Source: Chiloscyllium plagiosum (taxonomy: Eukaryota). Taken from it: a stretch of 64,000 nt of DNA. Below the pieces are notes generated by a model. It was not told where the DNA came from and searched no databases. It was given only the letters and a program-made list of their open reading frames with translations. Shown piece after piece: positions 26,301 to 39,230 of the stretch. Location of the stretch: positions 27,137,623 to 27,201,622 of the forward strand of contig NC_057719.1 of assembly GCF_004010195.1 (NCBI RefSeq), written 5' to 3'. The position numbers and the translations under genes are program-made. How positions within the stretch are numbered: the stretch's first letter is position 1; each line of letters opens with the position of its first letter.

Positions 26301-26803
26301 TACGAGGAACTTCTAATTTCAATACTCCAGCTCTCTGAAGTCAAGATGCTATCCATTTAAATGTTCACTTTTGAAGTAACTGTTCATTGTACTAATTGAC
26401 AGTTTCTGAATTGTAAATGAAATCAAGCTGCATGGACAGGCTGTGATAAATCTCCAGGGCAGCTGGGATTCAGACCAAAATCCTCTGACCCAGTGACACA
26501 ACCACTGCACCACAAGATCCTACTTTAAAGCTACTGCTGAGATTCAAATTCAAATTGGCTCTAAACATGACTCTAAACACTTAACATTACACTCTAGTAT
26601 TCAATGTTTAGTGTTTATGTGTGGCTGTTGACTATTCTACATGTGTTAGTCAAATTTGGATATGGTTACTGAGAAAGGGAAAATAAGTTGAAGCAAAAAG
26701 CTGTACACATAAGATATTTTAAAATACCAGTAAGTAAAGCTCCCGCTTAGACAGAAATTAATGTCTTTTCTGCATATCTTCAAAACATAAAACACAGTGG
26801 GAC

Positions 26804-27023
26804 CAAAAGTGAAAATTCTGGAAAATCTCAGCAGGTCTGGCAGCATCTGTAAGGAGAGAAAAGAGCTGACATTTCGAGTCTAACTGACCCTTTGTCAAAG
26901 CTGGTCAGTTAGACTCGAAATGTCAGCTCTTTTCTCTCCTTACAGATGCTGCCAGACCTGCTGAGATTTTCCAGCATTTTCTCTTTTGGTTTCAGATTCC
27001 AGCATCCGCAGTAATTTGCTTTT
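26804..27023. mobile_element. Palindromic PLE mini-element (family C)
   Basis: ~87-bp near-perfect inverted arms 26803-26889/26903-26989; TSD aaacacagtgggac at 26790-26803 and 27024-27037; decayed hammerhead on minus (AGCT TTGACAA A GGGTC AGTTA GACTC GAAAT GTC AGCT). Confidence 0.88.
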
Positions 27024-27399
27024 AAACACAGTGGGACAGTGGGGAAGAAGAATGTGTTGAAATAGTGATGATTTATGTTTTTTATCTGTCTTGCTGTTCA
27101 GTCAAACAACAGAGTGCTCTTGAGAGAGTGTTTTTTTGAGACAGCAGTGGAAAGAGAACATAATTAACATGTAATTAAATTAACAGAATCCATGAAATAT
27201 TCCAGGTTAGTTGCTATCTCCAGTCATATTAAGGAACTCCTGCCATACACCATGTCTTCTCCAATCTGTTGAGAGCTTGCTAGTGTCATTAACAGTCAAG
27301 GGAAGTGCTGCAATTTCTCATGAATGGGGCATGAGCCATACTGCAAATAAACATACTAAAGGAGAAACACAGTCCATAAAATAGCTTTGACACTTAGAA

Positions 27400-28650
27400 A
27401 GTAGAAACTTCTTTCTGTATTGCAGAGCGATGTCCTTCGGTTCATCATGTCTGTGCCAACAAAACTACTCTAAAACTAGTCCTTTTAACAGCACTTGGCC
27501 CATAGCCTTAAGTGTATTTTAAAGGTTTCCAGCCTCATCTATCCTTCCAGGCAGTGCATTCAAGATTCCCACCATGCTTTGGGTGAAAATATTTTTTCTC
27601 AAATTTTCTCTAAACCTCCTGCCTGTCACCTTAAAATTATGCCCCCCACCCCACCCCAGTTTTGACACTGCCCATGCCTCAGACAATGGTATGCACCTCA
27701 ATTAGGCCCATCTCAGCCTTCTCTGCTCTGAAGAAACCAATTCAGCCTCTCCTCATAACTAAAATGCTTCATCCCAGGCAATATCCTGGTGAATCTCCTC
27801 TACACCCCCTCCAGTGCATGCACATTCTTTCAGGACATTGTTGTCAATGTGAGTACAATGTACTCAGTACTCAGACATGGAATTTAATTCAGAGATGTTT
27901 GCAGTGATACATTTTGATGGAAGACAATAATAAATAGGAACAGGAGTAAACTATTCTGTCTCTTGAGCCTGCTGTACCACTCAATAGGATCATGACTGAT
28001 CCAACGACATTCATCTTGTTCACATTTTTACCCTTTCCCCATAATCTTTGATTCCCCTACTAATCAAAAATCCATCTACCTCAGCCTTACGCAAGGACTC
28101 TGTCCCACAACTCTCTGTGGCAAGGAGTTCCAAAGACACATACGCTGTGAGAAGAAATTCCTCATCACCCCAGTTTTAAATTGATGCCCCTTTTCCTTCC
28201 ACAATGCCCACTCATCCGAGCTGCTCCCATTTACCCTGTCAAGCCCCTTCACAATCCTGTGTGTTTCAGTGAGAATCACCTGTCATTGTGCCAACTTCCA
28301 ATGAGTACAGTCCCAACAAAATTAGCCTTTGCTCATAAACCAATCCCTCCACACCAGGGTTCCATTCCAAGTGAACCTTCTCTGAACTGCCTCTAATGAA
28401 TGATATCTTTCCTTAAAGAAGGAAACAAAACTGCTCACATCACTCTAGATGTGATCCACTAGCACCTCCTATAGTTGAAGTAAGACTTCCCTACTCTTAT
28501 ACATCCCATTAGCCTTCCTGATTACCTGCTGCACTCATGTTAGCTTGCTGTGTTTAATGCATATGTACATCTAGATTCCTTTTGTATTGCAGACCTCTGT
28601 AGTTTTTCTCCATTTTAATAATTCTCTGTTCTTTTGTTCACATTTTCCCA
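27400..28650 (-). mobile_element. Two decayed CR1 3' fragments (~27400-27830 and ~27935-28650)
   Basis: Minus ORFs NIFTQSMVGILNALP and NFFSQRMCLWNSLPQRVV. Confidence 0.75.
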
Positions 28651-28689
28651 CATGTATACCTATTGATATAGATTAAAGGAAGGTGGTGT

Positions 28690-29260
28690 ACAATGATCCA
28701 CATGATGTATGTGTACAGCACTTTAAGATAGAAAGCAAATGAACAATGCAGTTAACAAAGTGCGGTGTGCAGCAAAACTCCTGGACGTCATGCTAAACCT
28801 GTATGATATAGTCATTCAATCCCAGCTGGATGATTATATCTAATGTTATCATCAAACCTTAGGAAGGACATGGAGGCTTTGAACAGAGCAGAGAGCAGGT
28901 ATACTAAATTCGTGCCAAGGACGTGTGGAGAGACTGGAGTACCAGATTTACTCTCCTCAGAGAAGATAAAATGAAGAGGGAATTTAATAGAGGTCTACAT
29001 TATCATTAGACAGGGTAAATAAAAAGAAACAGGTTCCACTATTGAAGTTTTGATATGTAGAAGGCTGAGATTTATAGCAACTGACAAAACAATTAGAGGT
29101 AAAATGATGAGAAAATTATTTATGCATTGATTGTTTAGTATATGGGATGCCCTGTCTAATAACCTGGTGGTTGCAGATTCAATTGTAGTCTTCAAAGGTT
29201 AATTGGATAGGCCGCAGTTCAGAGGGCTGAGTGACCTCCATTTGTTGTGTTCTATGTATC
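28690..29260 (+). mobile_element. Very decayed CR1 3' fragment
   Basis: atgctaaacctgtat..cagctgga..aggaaggacatggaggctttg..gcagattcaattgtagtcttcaaa pattern. Confidence 0.55.
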
Positions 29261-29560
29261 CTTGTGCCTTGAATTCTATGAATCCTCCACATAAAAAATT
29301 ACTTTTTAAAATTATGTCATACCTAAAAATGGAATGTCTCAGAATACCTAAAACAGAATAAAATTACTTCAGGTATTCCACTTGGTATTATATTAGTTTG
29401 TTAATCAAAGAACAATCTTTGCAATCTAAAAGTTCTCTTACTTTTAATGATTTCAATGCTGGAAGTAATAACCGGCTTTGCTTGTGTACACTATTGGGAA
29501 TAATTTAAAACCTTCAATTTCAGAAATGTAACTTCACTTTCTCTCTGGGACTCATTACAG

Positions 29561-30499
29561 ATCATTTTTCGCAAAATCCTTGATGTGAAGAAAGAAGAGG
29601 AAGAACGGTTGAAGAATGAAGGGACACTTAGTATCCCAGTGGATCATCCTGTCAGGAAACTATTCCAGAAGTTCAAGCAACAAAAGCAATTGCGGAATCA
29701 GGCAGCAGGTCACAGCAACTCAGACAGAAACCATCCCCAAATAGAGAACCACTCACTTCATAATGGGGCCTCTACCACTGGCACAAGTGTGGTGACAGTT
29801 TCTCAAATCACACCAATCTCATCTTCCCTTTCCTTTGTGAGAAATAATGAGCATCAGCTTCAGGCACACCACGAAACAGTCGAGTTGAAGCCAAATGGAT
29901 TGAATGACCAGCTGTGCTTGAAGGGCAATAGCTCTATCCAGACAAAGGCTGGAAATGGAAAAGGATGGCTAAGACTTAAAAGTTCCGTTGCCTTCACCGA
30001 TCCCTTTCCCGGATCGAGAGAGGAGAAGAAAGAAAACTGGAACAATGTCATCAAAGCTGAATCCATGGAAATTCTTTCAGAGGAATCAAAAGGTCCTGAA
30101 TCGGAGAATAATGTCATAAAGAATCCTTTGAGGAAAACAGACTCTTGCGACAGCGGCATTACGAAAAGTGACTTGCGATTAGACAAGGCAGGTGAGATCC
30201 GCAGTCCACTGGAGCATAGCCCAGTTCAAGCTGATGTCAGGCACCCCTTTTACCCAATTCCAGAGCAAGCTTTGCAGACCACGTTACAAGAGGCCAAAAT
30301 GGAACTGAAAGAAGACATTCAGTCATTATGTAACAGGATGAGTGGACTTGAGAAACAAGTGACAGAAATCCTTCAAATACTGTCTGAAAAGAACCTGACG
30401 GAAATGTCTTCTGAGAAGTCTCAACACTCCAGTCAGGAAATGTTTCATGTTTCTAGGCCCACAACTCCTTTGTTGGAAGAAGAGGATGCTCAGTTTTAG
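29561..30499 (+). CDS. KCNH5: Terminal coding exon of potassium voltage-gated channel subfamily H member 5 (Eag2/Kv10.2), cytoplasmic C-terminus
   Basis: Pyrimidine tract and ACAG acceptor end at 29560, then a phase-0 frame [119 protein letters not shown], stop TAG at 30497-30499. Matches the vertebrate KCNH5 last exon as I recall it. Upstream exons were not found in the window. Confidence 0.96.
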   Translation: MIFRKILDVKKEEEERLKNEGTLSIPVDHPVRKLFQKFKQQKQLRNQAAGHSNSDRNHPQIENHSLHNGASTTGTSVVTVSQITPISSSLSFVRNNEHQLQAHHETVELKPNGLNDQLCLKGNSSIQTKAGNGKGWLRLKSSVAFTDPFPGSREEKKENWNNVIKAESMEILSEESKGPESENNVIKNPLRKTDSCDSGITKSDLRLDKAGEIRSPLEHSPVQADVRHPFYPIPEQALQTTLQEAKMELKEDIQSLCNRMSGLEKQVTEILQILSEKNLTEMSSEKSQHSSQEMFHVSRPTTPLLEEEDAQF

Positions 30500-31161
30500 T
30501 TTAGAAATTGTAAAGATTTAAAATTCACACAAGAGTTAACCAAATGCACAAGATGACTGCTTTGACAGTCTAAAGACTTTTGCATGTCCAGCTGGATTCT
30601 GGCCTGCCAAAGAAAATTGTTAACAGAAATATTGCTTGTAATTATATGGATAACTGCATGCACATATAAAACCTCGTTTACAATCCTTCACCATATATCC
30701 TGGGTCATTTTGTGCAGTGCAGTTACAGTTTTTCTCATTTGGCTCCAGAGCATAAATTGCCAGTTGTTCTCTGAGTGATGTCTCTGAATGACCACAGGTT
30801 TGCAAATTGAAGTGTTTTGTCCATATTACATGGGGAACTAATGTTTCTTGCTTCATCAGGGTCTATTTATTGCATGCTTTGTTTCTTCAGGATCGGAGAA
30901 GAAAGTTGCTGCTGATGCGTACGTATCACTGCAAGCTTCAATTTAGGGGACAAGAAAGTTACCAAACAAACTAACAAGAAAAATTAAATTCATTTCAACA
31001 CATCAAAACCTTTTAAGGGAGAAATAATTTTGACATCAAAATCCATCTTGAGGAATTACAATCAATTGAAAGCTATTGTCTGCATGTTTACATACACATG
31101 CAAATACTTGTGTATTCATACATACACAGATATGCTGAAAAAAACTGTACACCCCAGCATT

Positions 31162-31167
31162 AATAAA
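31162..31167 (+). terminator. Candidate proximal polyadenylation signal of KCNH5
   Basis: AATAAA ~660 nt after the stop, in repeat-free AT-rich UTR-like sequence. Confidence 0.3.
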
Positions 31168-32008
31168 ACATTAATTAGAGAAATATTAAATCAAGACAGA
31201 CAAGTCATTTTTCCACCTGCCACAAATAATTTTGAGTTTCTATAGTTATGAGTTTCTTTTTTTTTGTTTTAGCTCCACTTAAGCATTGAAGCTGAGAGAG
31301 GTCAGCACAAACACTTGGGTAAGATTTAGTATGTTCTGGAAAATTAGTCTGTCAAATCTCTGGAATTGCTTCTAAGAGTTTGCTTTTTCTGGAGTTTACT
31401 TATGATCAAATAAATTTGCCAATTATGAGTTCTGGAGTAAACATATAAGTTGGAAATAAGAGCACATGTTGGCACAATGATATGTGTGCCTACCTGTGGA
31501 CAGGGCGGTCCTCGTTCAAGTCCCACCTGATTCATGGGTGTGTAAGAAAATGGCTGAACAGGTTGATTAATGGATATCTACAGGTTAGATATGAGCTGGC
31601 TCAGGAAATACCACAGTGCAGGAGCACAACTGAACAGTTATGTAGATAGAAAAGCATCCATTTTACACATTATTTGAGAGATTTTCTTTTGCTTTCGCAA
31701 AAGTGTAACTGTACCTCCAGTTTGTTTTTTCAAACCAGGCTTGCTCAGGTGATGTGATAAAAGGTTTATCTTCATTGGTTGACATAAACTGGTTGCTATA
31801 GAAGATCTTCCTCACTTCCACTCAACTTAAATTGTTGTTCTAAATCTCGAAAACCACCTTTGGAATTTTAAAATTAAATTGAGTGGCAAACAGGTTTTAT
31901 AACTTTCATTTCAAAGATAAATTTCTTATTGAGAGCCATTTCCTCTGTTTTGCAAAGTAATCTGTTTCTGAAGATCGTTTACTATCCCAGACGAGCCTGA
32001 ATTTCTTT

Positions 32009-32303
32009 GGATGGCACGGTGGCTCAGTGGTTAGCACTGCTGCCTCACAGCACCAGGGACCCAGGTCCGATTCCAGCCTTGCGTGACTGTCTGTGTGGAG
32101 CTTGCACGTTCTCCCCGTGTCTGCGAGGGTTTCCTCCCATGGTGCAATGATGGGTAGGTCAGGTGGATTGGCCATGCTAGATTGCCCATAGTGTTAGGTG
32201 CATTCGTCAGAGGGAAATGGTCTGGGTGGGTTACTCTTCAGCAGGTCGGTGTGGATTGGTTGGGCCAAAAGGCCTGTTTCTGCACTGTAGGGAATCTAAT
32301 CTA
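32009..32303 (+). mobile_element. HE1-type SINE
   Basis: ggcacggtggctcagtggttagcactgctgcctcacag head; aatctaatct tail. Confidence 0.9.
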
Positions 32304-33176
32304 CTCTTTTTACAGGCACTAGATTTAAAATGAACCCTATGACAGTTAATGATATTCAAGTCGAACAACTTAGGCAATAGAACCCAGGACATTCGCAAGA
32401 AGGTCAAGTTATTTCCCCCTTTATAATTACCCACTGCATGAACGAACATAGGAGGTAGAAGCAGGAATACACTATCCTGCCCAGCAAGCCTTCTGTATCA
32501 TCCAGTGCACCAAAAAAATCTATCAATCTTAGGCTTCAGTTGGCTGACCTCATCAACTGAATATCAATGGCAGTCTAGGGTCAAGAATTACAATGTTTCG
32601 CTGTTTGCTGAGTAAGTAGTTTCCTACTTATCTCTATTAAAGATGGCTGACCTCTTATCCTGAGAAGGTGATTCCAAGATCTGGGGAAATAACTTCTTTG
32701 TCTATTCTGCCAAGTCCTCTAAAAGAACTTTTATTGAGGTCACTTCTGTTTCTTCGAAAGACCAGAGAACATGCACCCAATCTGATTAATCTTTTCTCAT
32801 AGGAAAGCCACTTTGAGAGGAAGAAATGGTTGCCATTTTTAATAATTTATTAATACAACTGTTAGGATGACAGTGTTTTGAGAAACGAAATATTGATTGT
32901 GATAAGGAATGACTGCGAGTGTTGTGGTTCCTCAGGATGACTATGATGCTGCCTCATGGCAAGAACCTTCATAAGAAGTGGTTTAACATGAGGAAGCTGT
33001 AGCACTGCAGCTACCACATGGTTCTGGCTGGCCAGGAAACTCTCCCATTTTTAGTGCCTAATAGACACACCTCAGAAAGACCTATACAGGTTAATAATCA
33101 ATTTGTTTGGGCAAGTTCTGGGGAGAAGGCAGAAGAATTGGGTTGAGAAACATATCAGCTGTGGTCAAATAGTAGA

Positions 33177-33264
33177 CAGGGAGGAGGATGGAAGAACACA
33201 GCAAGCCAGGCAGCATCAGGAGGTGCAGAGGTCAACATTTTGGGTGTAGCCCTTCTTCAGGACT
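33177..33264 (-). mobile_element. PLE terminal fragment (family D) inserted in a CR1 tail (~33105-33335)
   Basis: TSD gctgtg(g/a)tcaaatagtaga at 33158-33176 and 33265-33283; minus strand GTC CTGAAGA A GGGCTACACCC AAAAT GTT GAC. Confidence 0.75.
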
Positions 33265-34754
33265 GCTGTGATCAAATAGTAGAGCAGACTTGATGGGCTG
33301 AATGGCCTAATTTTGCTCCTATATCTTATGATTATGACACACCCTCTGAAGCCAACAGGTTCCGAGCTTCTAGCCTTCGGAAAAAGGTAGACACCACCAA
33401 TGCACCACAAGGTTTCCAGATAATCCGTGAAATTGCTGAAGGCTGTGCCACTCTTTATTTCCAGTAAATCATATTCTTGGATTAAGGTTTTCACAAAAAC
33501 GTTCTACATGAAAATGTGCGATTAGATTGGAAGGCATATCTGTCTATTGTCTGGTAAAGTATTCTGTTTAATTGTTATTAAACAGGTGTTCAGCCTCATG
33601 GGAAAAACAAGATTGTTTTTACTATTGTGAATTGTTATGACCAGGTGAGGGGGTCCCCCAATTTAATCCTCCCAGTCTGTTGCATCAAGTATTTTTATTT
33701 TTAGCATGGAGCTATCACACTTCAAGTAAAACAGTTTACTGGAAAATAGTAGAGCCAAATACCACAGTTTTACTGAGAAGAATGGAGGGATGTTATTAAA
33801 TTCTCACCTCAAGGAAAATAATAAAAACACACCATCAAAAGCATACATAAGTAGATAATTAATCTAAAACGTACAAATAGGAAGGATAAAGATGGTACAT
33901 TTTAGAAGTCCTTGGAATCCTTAATGCATTATAACCCGAGACCACAAATATGTAATTGTTGATAGTCTATTAGCAGCAACAAAATTCAATCAATATTTTT
34001 CGTTTTTAGCAAATGGTTGTTTTCTCAGTTTGCTTTTCCAACAAGATAATGAGAGAAACAGCCAGAGAGAGAGAGGAGGAGGATTCTTCCATTTCTTGCA
34101 TACAAATCTATTTGCCTTCTTTTTGCACTGCTGCAATTGAACAGCCGTTGAAGTCTGGTTCTCTATTATTTTTGCAAGCTGGCTAATTTACAGGTGAATC
34201 TTTCATCTCCCAATATGTGAAATTATCTTACAATACAAATTTCATATCACTGACTTAGTTGCCTGGTTTTAACGCCTTTAGATAAAAGTGGTAATTCAGT
34301 GCAGACGTTTCTGTTTACTCGCACACCCAGTTTCCCTCAATTTGTGATCACTACAACCATTTCAGGTCCATGTTTTTTCCACTTTAGCTTATATAAGCTT
34401 TGTTATGACAATCAGATGATGGGAGTTAAAATTCAGTAGTTCATATTTATCACAAGTGTAACAGGGTATAATACTTAATCCAAAGGCACTTTACACAAAT
34501 GTATAATTACAGAACGAGCTTCAATGTAATAGAATTAATTATTAACTTTATAATAAATTCAGATTATTATTTTACAACAGCACAGAGTACATTGCAAACT
34601 AAGTTACAAATTTGGCTAATCAATCGATAATGTTTTAGGCTTAAAAATTGAAATCTGTTGAATGGAAATAGAAACATCTTGGTTTTCAATTAAACTATTC
34701 AGCTTCTTTGAAAGGACTCCCTCATCTATATCTGTAATACCTTACCACACATAG

Positions 34755-35217
34755 CTTTAGTTGTGATTCAGTTGGTAATATTCTCAACTTAGTGAGTTTT
34801 GTGTTCAAGTCCTACTTCAAGACTTGAACATAAAAATCAAGGCTGACACTTCAGTGCAACAAAGCGAGAGTACTGCACAGTAGAAGGTGCAATCCTTTGG
34901 ATGAGATGTTAAATCAAGGCTACATCTGGCCTTATTTTCCCTCTCAAGTGGAAATAAAAGGTCCGATGACACTTTTTTTTAAAGAGGAGCAGTGGAGTTA
35001 TCTCCAGTGTGCTGACTAATATTTAACCCTCTTTCAGCATCACAAAAATAGATTATCTGGTCATTATCACGTTTTTGTATATGGGATCTGTTAATACCAA
35101 ATTGGCTGCTCTTTTTCCCACATTGCAATGTTGGTGATGCTTCAGGATGTACCTCATTGGCTGCAAAGTGTTTTGGGAAGTCCAGTGTTCGTGAAAGGTG
35201 TTATATAAATGTAAGTC
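34755..35217 (+). mobile_element. Deu-domain SINE (SacSINE1/AmnSINE1-related)
   Basis: tRNA-like head (gttcaagtcc), Deu-core-like ggatgagatgttaaatcaaggc..aagaggagcagtggagttatctccagtgtgctgactaatattt, tail gtgaaaggtgttatataaatgtaag. Confidence 0.75.
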
Positions 35218-35376
35218 CAAAGATATGCAGGTCAGGTGGATTGGCCATGTTAAATTGCCCATAGTGTTAGGTGCATTAGTCAGAGGGAAATGGGTCTGGG
35301 TGGGTTACTCTTCGGAGGGTCGGTGTGGACTGGTTGGGCCGAAGGGCCTGTTTCCACACTAGGGAATCTAATCTAA
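35214..35376 (+). mobile_element. HE1-type SINE, 3' half, fused to the DeuSINE tail
   Basis: gtccaaagatatgcaggtcaggtggattggccatg..ggcctgtttccacact..aatctaatct. Confidence 0.88.
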
Positions 35377-35856
35377 ATGTTTCAAGCAATTTGTTAAGAC
35401 AGATTTGATGTGGTCCCAGCTAAAGTTTCAGTTACTCAATAAATGTCCTGTGACAATATATTGGATGAAATGCTTTTAATCTAAAATACTTGCTCCAGAT
35501 ATACTGTTGGAAGAGACTATTACAATGAGGTAACTTTTTTAAAAAACTACTTGTCATTGATATAAACTGAAGTGACCTACACTGTGAGCTTCCTAGCCAC
35601 AAGGTGTCTCTGCCTTCCTCCTGGAACATATAGCATGGACCTAGTTTCCAGTTGTCTGAGATGTATTTGATTGGGAATAAATAGCCTCATTTATTGCATG
35701 AATAAACACACTTATAAAACCCAATACGAAGGGAAATGTTTCTTTATGTATTTCTGAGAGTATTATTCCCCTTTGAGACAATCCTCTGATCTGGCTCATC
35801 ATGTCCCTATTTGTAATACTAATACCCTATCAGTACTTTTTAGGATACAAAGTATA

Positions 35857-36169
35857 AGATTATATTACTTACAGTGTGGAAACAGGCCCTTCGGCCCAAC
35901 AAGTCCACACCGACCTGCCGAAGCGCAACCCACCCATACCCCTACATTCACCCCTTTAACCTAACACTACGGGCAATTTAGCATGGCCAATTCACCTGAC
36001 CCGCACATTTTTTGGATTGTGGGAGGAAACCGGAGCACCCGGAGGAAACCCACGCAGACACGGGGAGAACGTGCAAACTCCACACAGTCAGTCGCCTGAG
36101 TCGGGAATTGAACCCGGGTCTCTGGCGCTGTGAGGCAGCAGTGCTAACCACTGTGCCACCGTGCCGCCC
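35857..36169 (-). mobile_element. Full-length, CpG-rich (young) HE1-type SINE
   Basis: Minus strand gggcggcacggtggcacagtggttagcactgctgcctcacagcgccagagacccgggttcaattccc; A/B boxes intact. Confidence 0.93.
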
Positions 36170-37379
36170 ATTAATAAATAGTGAAGCATTTGATGAAACA
36201 ATAATTGCTGCTATTTTGACTATTAGAAAGTGTAAGTGGAAATTGCCAGCAGTCCCAGAACAAGAGTTCATACAAATGGTAAAAGTCATACCTGTAAATG
36301 GCGAAGCCTCTGCTGAGTGCTTTCACCGAGATGGCAATATTTTCTGTATCACATTAGAAGCATTTTACATTAATTTTCATTCACCTATCTGAAAGCCAGT
36401 CTTCATTGTTACAGCTTAAACATTATTTTATTTAACATTATTTTAGTACTTTTTAAAATGATATCAGAAAATTAAGGTTACTTTCAAAAGCACCATTTAC
36501 ATTAAATTAATAGAGAGATTTTCATCCTGAAGACAGGAATTATTTTCAGGCTGTTTCCCAACATTGTGTCCAGCACTTTACCCTAAGCTGTTTTCATATC
36601 AGGACCCAATAGGAATCAGATTCGTTTTTGAAGTTGCCTTGCTCATTTCTTCAGAAGGCTCAACAGATGAACTTTCAATAAAAGAAGGCAGATATCTATT
36701 CAACTATTTCAAAGGTTCAGTAAATTTCTGAAATCAAAGCAGAGGGTTCCAATACCAGATTTCCATTAATATCAGATTCTCTGTAGAATGCAAAAGAGCA
36801 CTTCATCCACCAGATAAAGTACTCCAATGCATCTAAATGCTTAAGCAATGCTGATCAATTACACAGTAATGTACCTTTCAAGGATAGGCCCTGTGATTAA
36901 TAACATACAATGTGATTAGTAACATACTTAACTGATCATACAGCATCTAATTATGACATGTGAAGTTAGCAACATCTTTTATAACTTGCTGATGATTGAA
37001 AGTGGGCTGATGGGGTTCTAATGAGCCATTCTGGACTTGTCCTGCTTTTATAGGCAGGAATACCTGGCCAATCTTCTACATTATGAGCTAGATGCCACTG
37101 TATCAACCATACAGTAACAGAGACATGGCTAATTGATGAGCTCAAGCCTTCAATACTACTGCTGGGGATTTTTTGGGATCCATTGCCTTTGCAATATTCA
37201 GTGGCTTTTATCATTTTCTGATTTCAAGTGGAGTGAATTGAATTGGCTGAAGAATGGCATCTCTGGGGACTGCAGGAAGAGGCCAAGATGGATCAGCCAC
37301 TGATTGCAGATAGTTGCAAATGCTTCAGCCTCATGTTTTGCTGGTGTTTGTCAATAAGGTAAAGTAATACAATCTGTAA

Positions 37380-39230
37380 CCTCATAGTCTGGCTTTGCCA
37401 TCAAGCACCAAGATCAATGCTAGTTCAATGAAAAGTGCAGGAGGCCATACCATGAGCATCATCAGGGATACTTAAAATGAGGTGTCAGTCTGGTGAAACT
37501 ACAACACAGGACTAATTGCATGCCAAGATTGGAAGCAGCATGCATCACACAGAGATAAGTGATCCCACAGTAAATAGCTCTGATCTAAGTTCTGCAGTGC
37601 TGCCATTTCCATTGTGAGCAGTAGTGGCCTATTAAGGAACTCACTAGGAGAGAAGCCCCACAAATATCCCCAACTTCAATAAAAGCAAATTACTGTGGAT
37701 GCTGGAATCTGAAACCAAAAGCCCTGACAAAGGGTCAGTTAGACTCGAAACATCAGCTCTTTTCTCTCCTTACAGATGCTGCCAGACCTGCTGAGATTTT
37801 CCAGCATTTTCTCTTTTGGTTCCCCATCTTCAATGATTGGAGAACCCAGCACATCTGTGCAAAAGAAGCATTTGCTACAATCTTCAGCTAACTGTGCTGT
37901 GTGGGTGATCTCCTTCTGAGATCCAGCCATTACAGATGCCAATCCTCAGTCAATTCAATTCATTCCATATCATGCCAAGAACTGGCTGAATGCATTGCAT
38001 ACTTAAAAATCTATGAGTCCTAACAACACCTGACAATAATGCTGAAGAATTGTGTCCCAGAAATAGCTGCCATCACAGCCAGTACAACTACAATTTTCAC
38101 ATCCCATCAAGCATTGTGGAAAATTGCCCAGTTACAACTTATTCTCAAAAAGCAAGTCAAATCCAACCCAACCAAAAGTGATGGAAGTTTTCAAAAGTTA
38201 TCCGATGGCACTGATCTGTCAATAAACTGCTCACTAACACTCAGTTTGAGTTTTGTCAGATGCAGACAGCTCCTGACCTCATTACAATTTGTCCAGATAT
38301 GGGCAAAACCATTGAACTCAAGAGGGAACTGAGGGTGACTATCTTTGCCTTCAAGGCAGCATTTGACTGTGTGGCCACAAATAGCCTTAACAAAACAAGA
38401 GTCAATGGCAATAAATGGGAAAATTGCAGGTTTGAGTCATACCTCACTCAAAGATCGGTGTGATTGGTGTAGGTCAGTCTTCTCAGCTAAAACCTAGCTG
38501 CAGAGATTCCTCATCATAGTGTTCTAGGCCTAGCCATCTTCAGCTGCTTCAATGACCTTACCACCTTCATAAGGTCAGAGGTTTGCTAATGATTGCACAA
38601 AGTTTAGCAGCATTCCTGACTCATTCCAAACTGAAGCTGCCATTGTACATTGTACATAATGTTCAGGCTTGGGTTGCTAAATAACAAATAACATCCATCA
38701 CATGGCCATCCATATTCAACAAGACAGAATCCATGAATCAGCCGTGAAACAAAATGGTTTTATCATTGCTGAATCTCCCAGTACCCTGGGGGTTACTATG
38801 GAGCAGACTCAATGGGCCAAATGATCTAATTCTGCTCCTACATCTTATAACTTTATGGATTTATGGACATCATCTAGGACAAAGCTGCCCATTTGATTGC
38901 CACACCACCTCACTCATTCAATATTCATTCCCTCCACCACCATAGCAAAGGTGGGAGTACTGTGTTCCGTTTGGAAGATTCACTGGAGTATTTCACCACA
39001 GCTCCTTGGACACCACCTTCCAAGCCTCCACTCACTGCCATCTAGAAGAACAAAGAAAACCGGTACATGGGCACACCAGTATCTGCAAGTTCCCTTCCAA
39101 GTCACTTACCATTGTAACTTGGAAATATTTTGACGTTTATTTCCTGTTGGTGTCAAAATTCTGGAGCTCCCTGAACAGTATTGTGGGTGTAGCTACACCT
39201 CATGAAGTGCAGTGGTTCACGAGAAAGACA
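37380..39230 (+). mobile_element. Old decayed LINE (CR1/L2-group RT) with insertions
   Basis: MLKNCVPEIAA..LWKIAQ..KKQVKSNP; ELRVTIFAFKAAFDCV; VLG..IFSCF.NDL. Confidence 0.6.
37681..37820 (+). mobile_element. PLE mini-element (family C) with short inverted arm and hammerhead motif at 37724-37754
   Basis: TSD tcccca(a/t)cttcaat at 37667-37680 and 37821-37834; CTGACAA A GGGTC AGTTA GACTC GAAAC ATC. Confidence 0.85.

Noticed and set aside
1..29560. Additional constitutive KCNH5 exons (CNBHD region)
   Set aside because: No matching peptide seen; the penultimate exon appears to lie upstream of the window, though short exons could be missed by eye.
29585..30499. 304-aa ORF as a stand-alone gene starting at GTG
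   Set aside because: It is a spliced terminal exon; the reading frame enters at the acceptor (29561).
36090..36169. tRNA gene (also at other SINE heads)
   Set aside because: A/B boxes continue directly into HE1 SINE body and tail; these are SINE heads.
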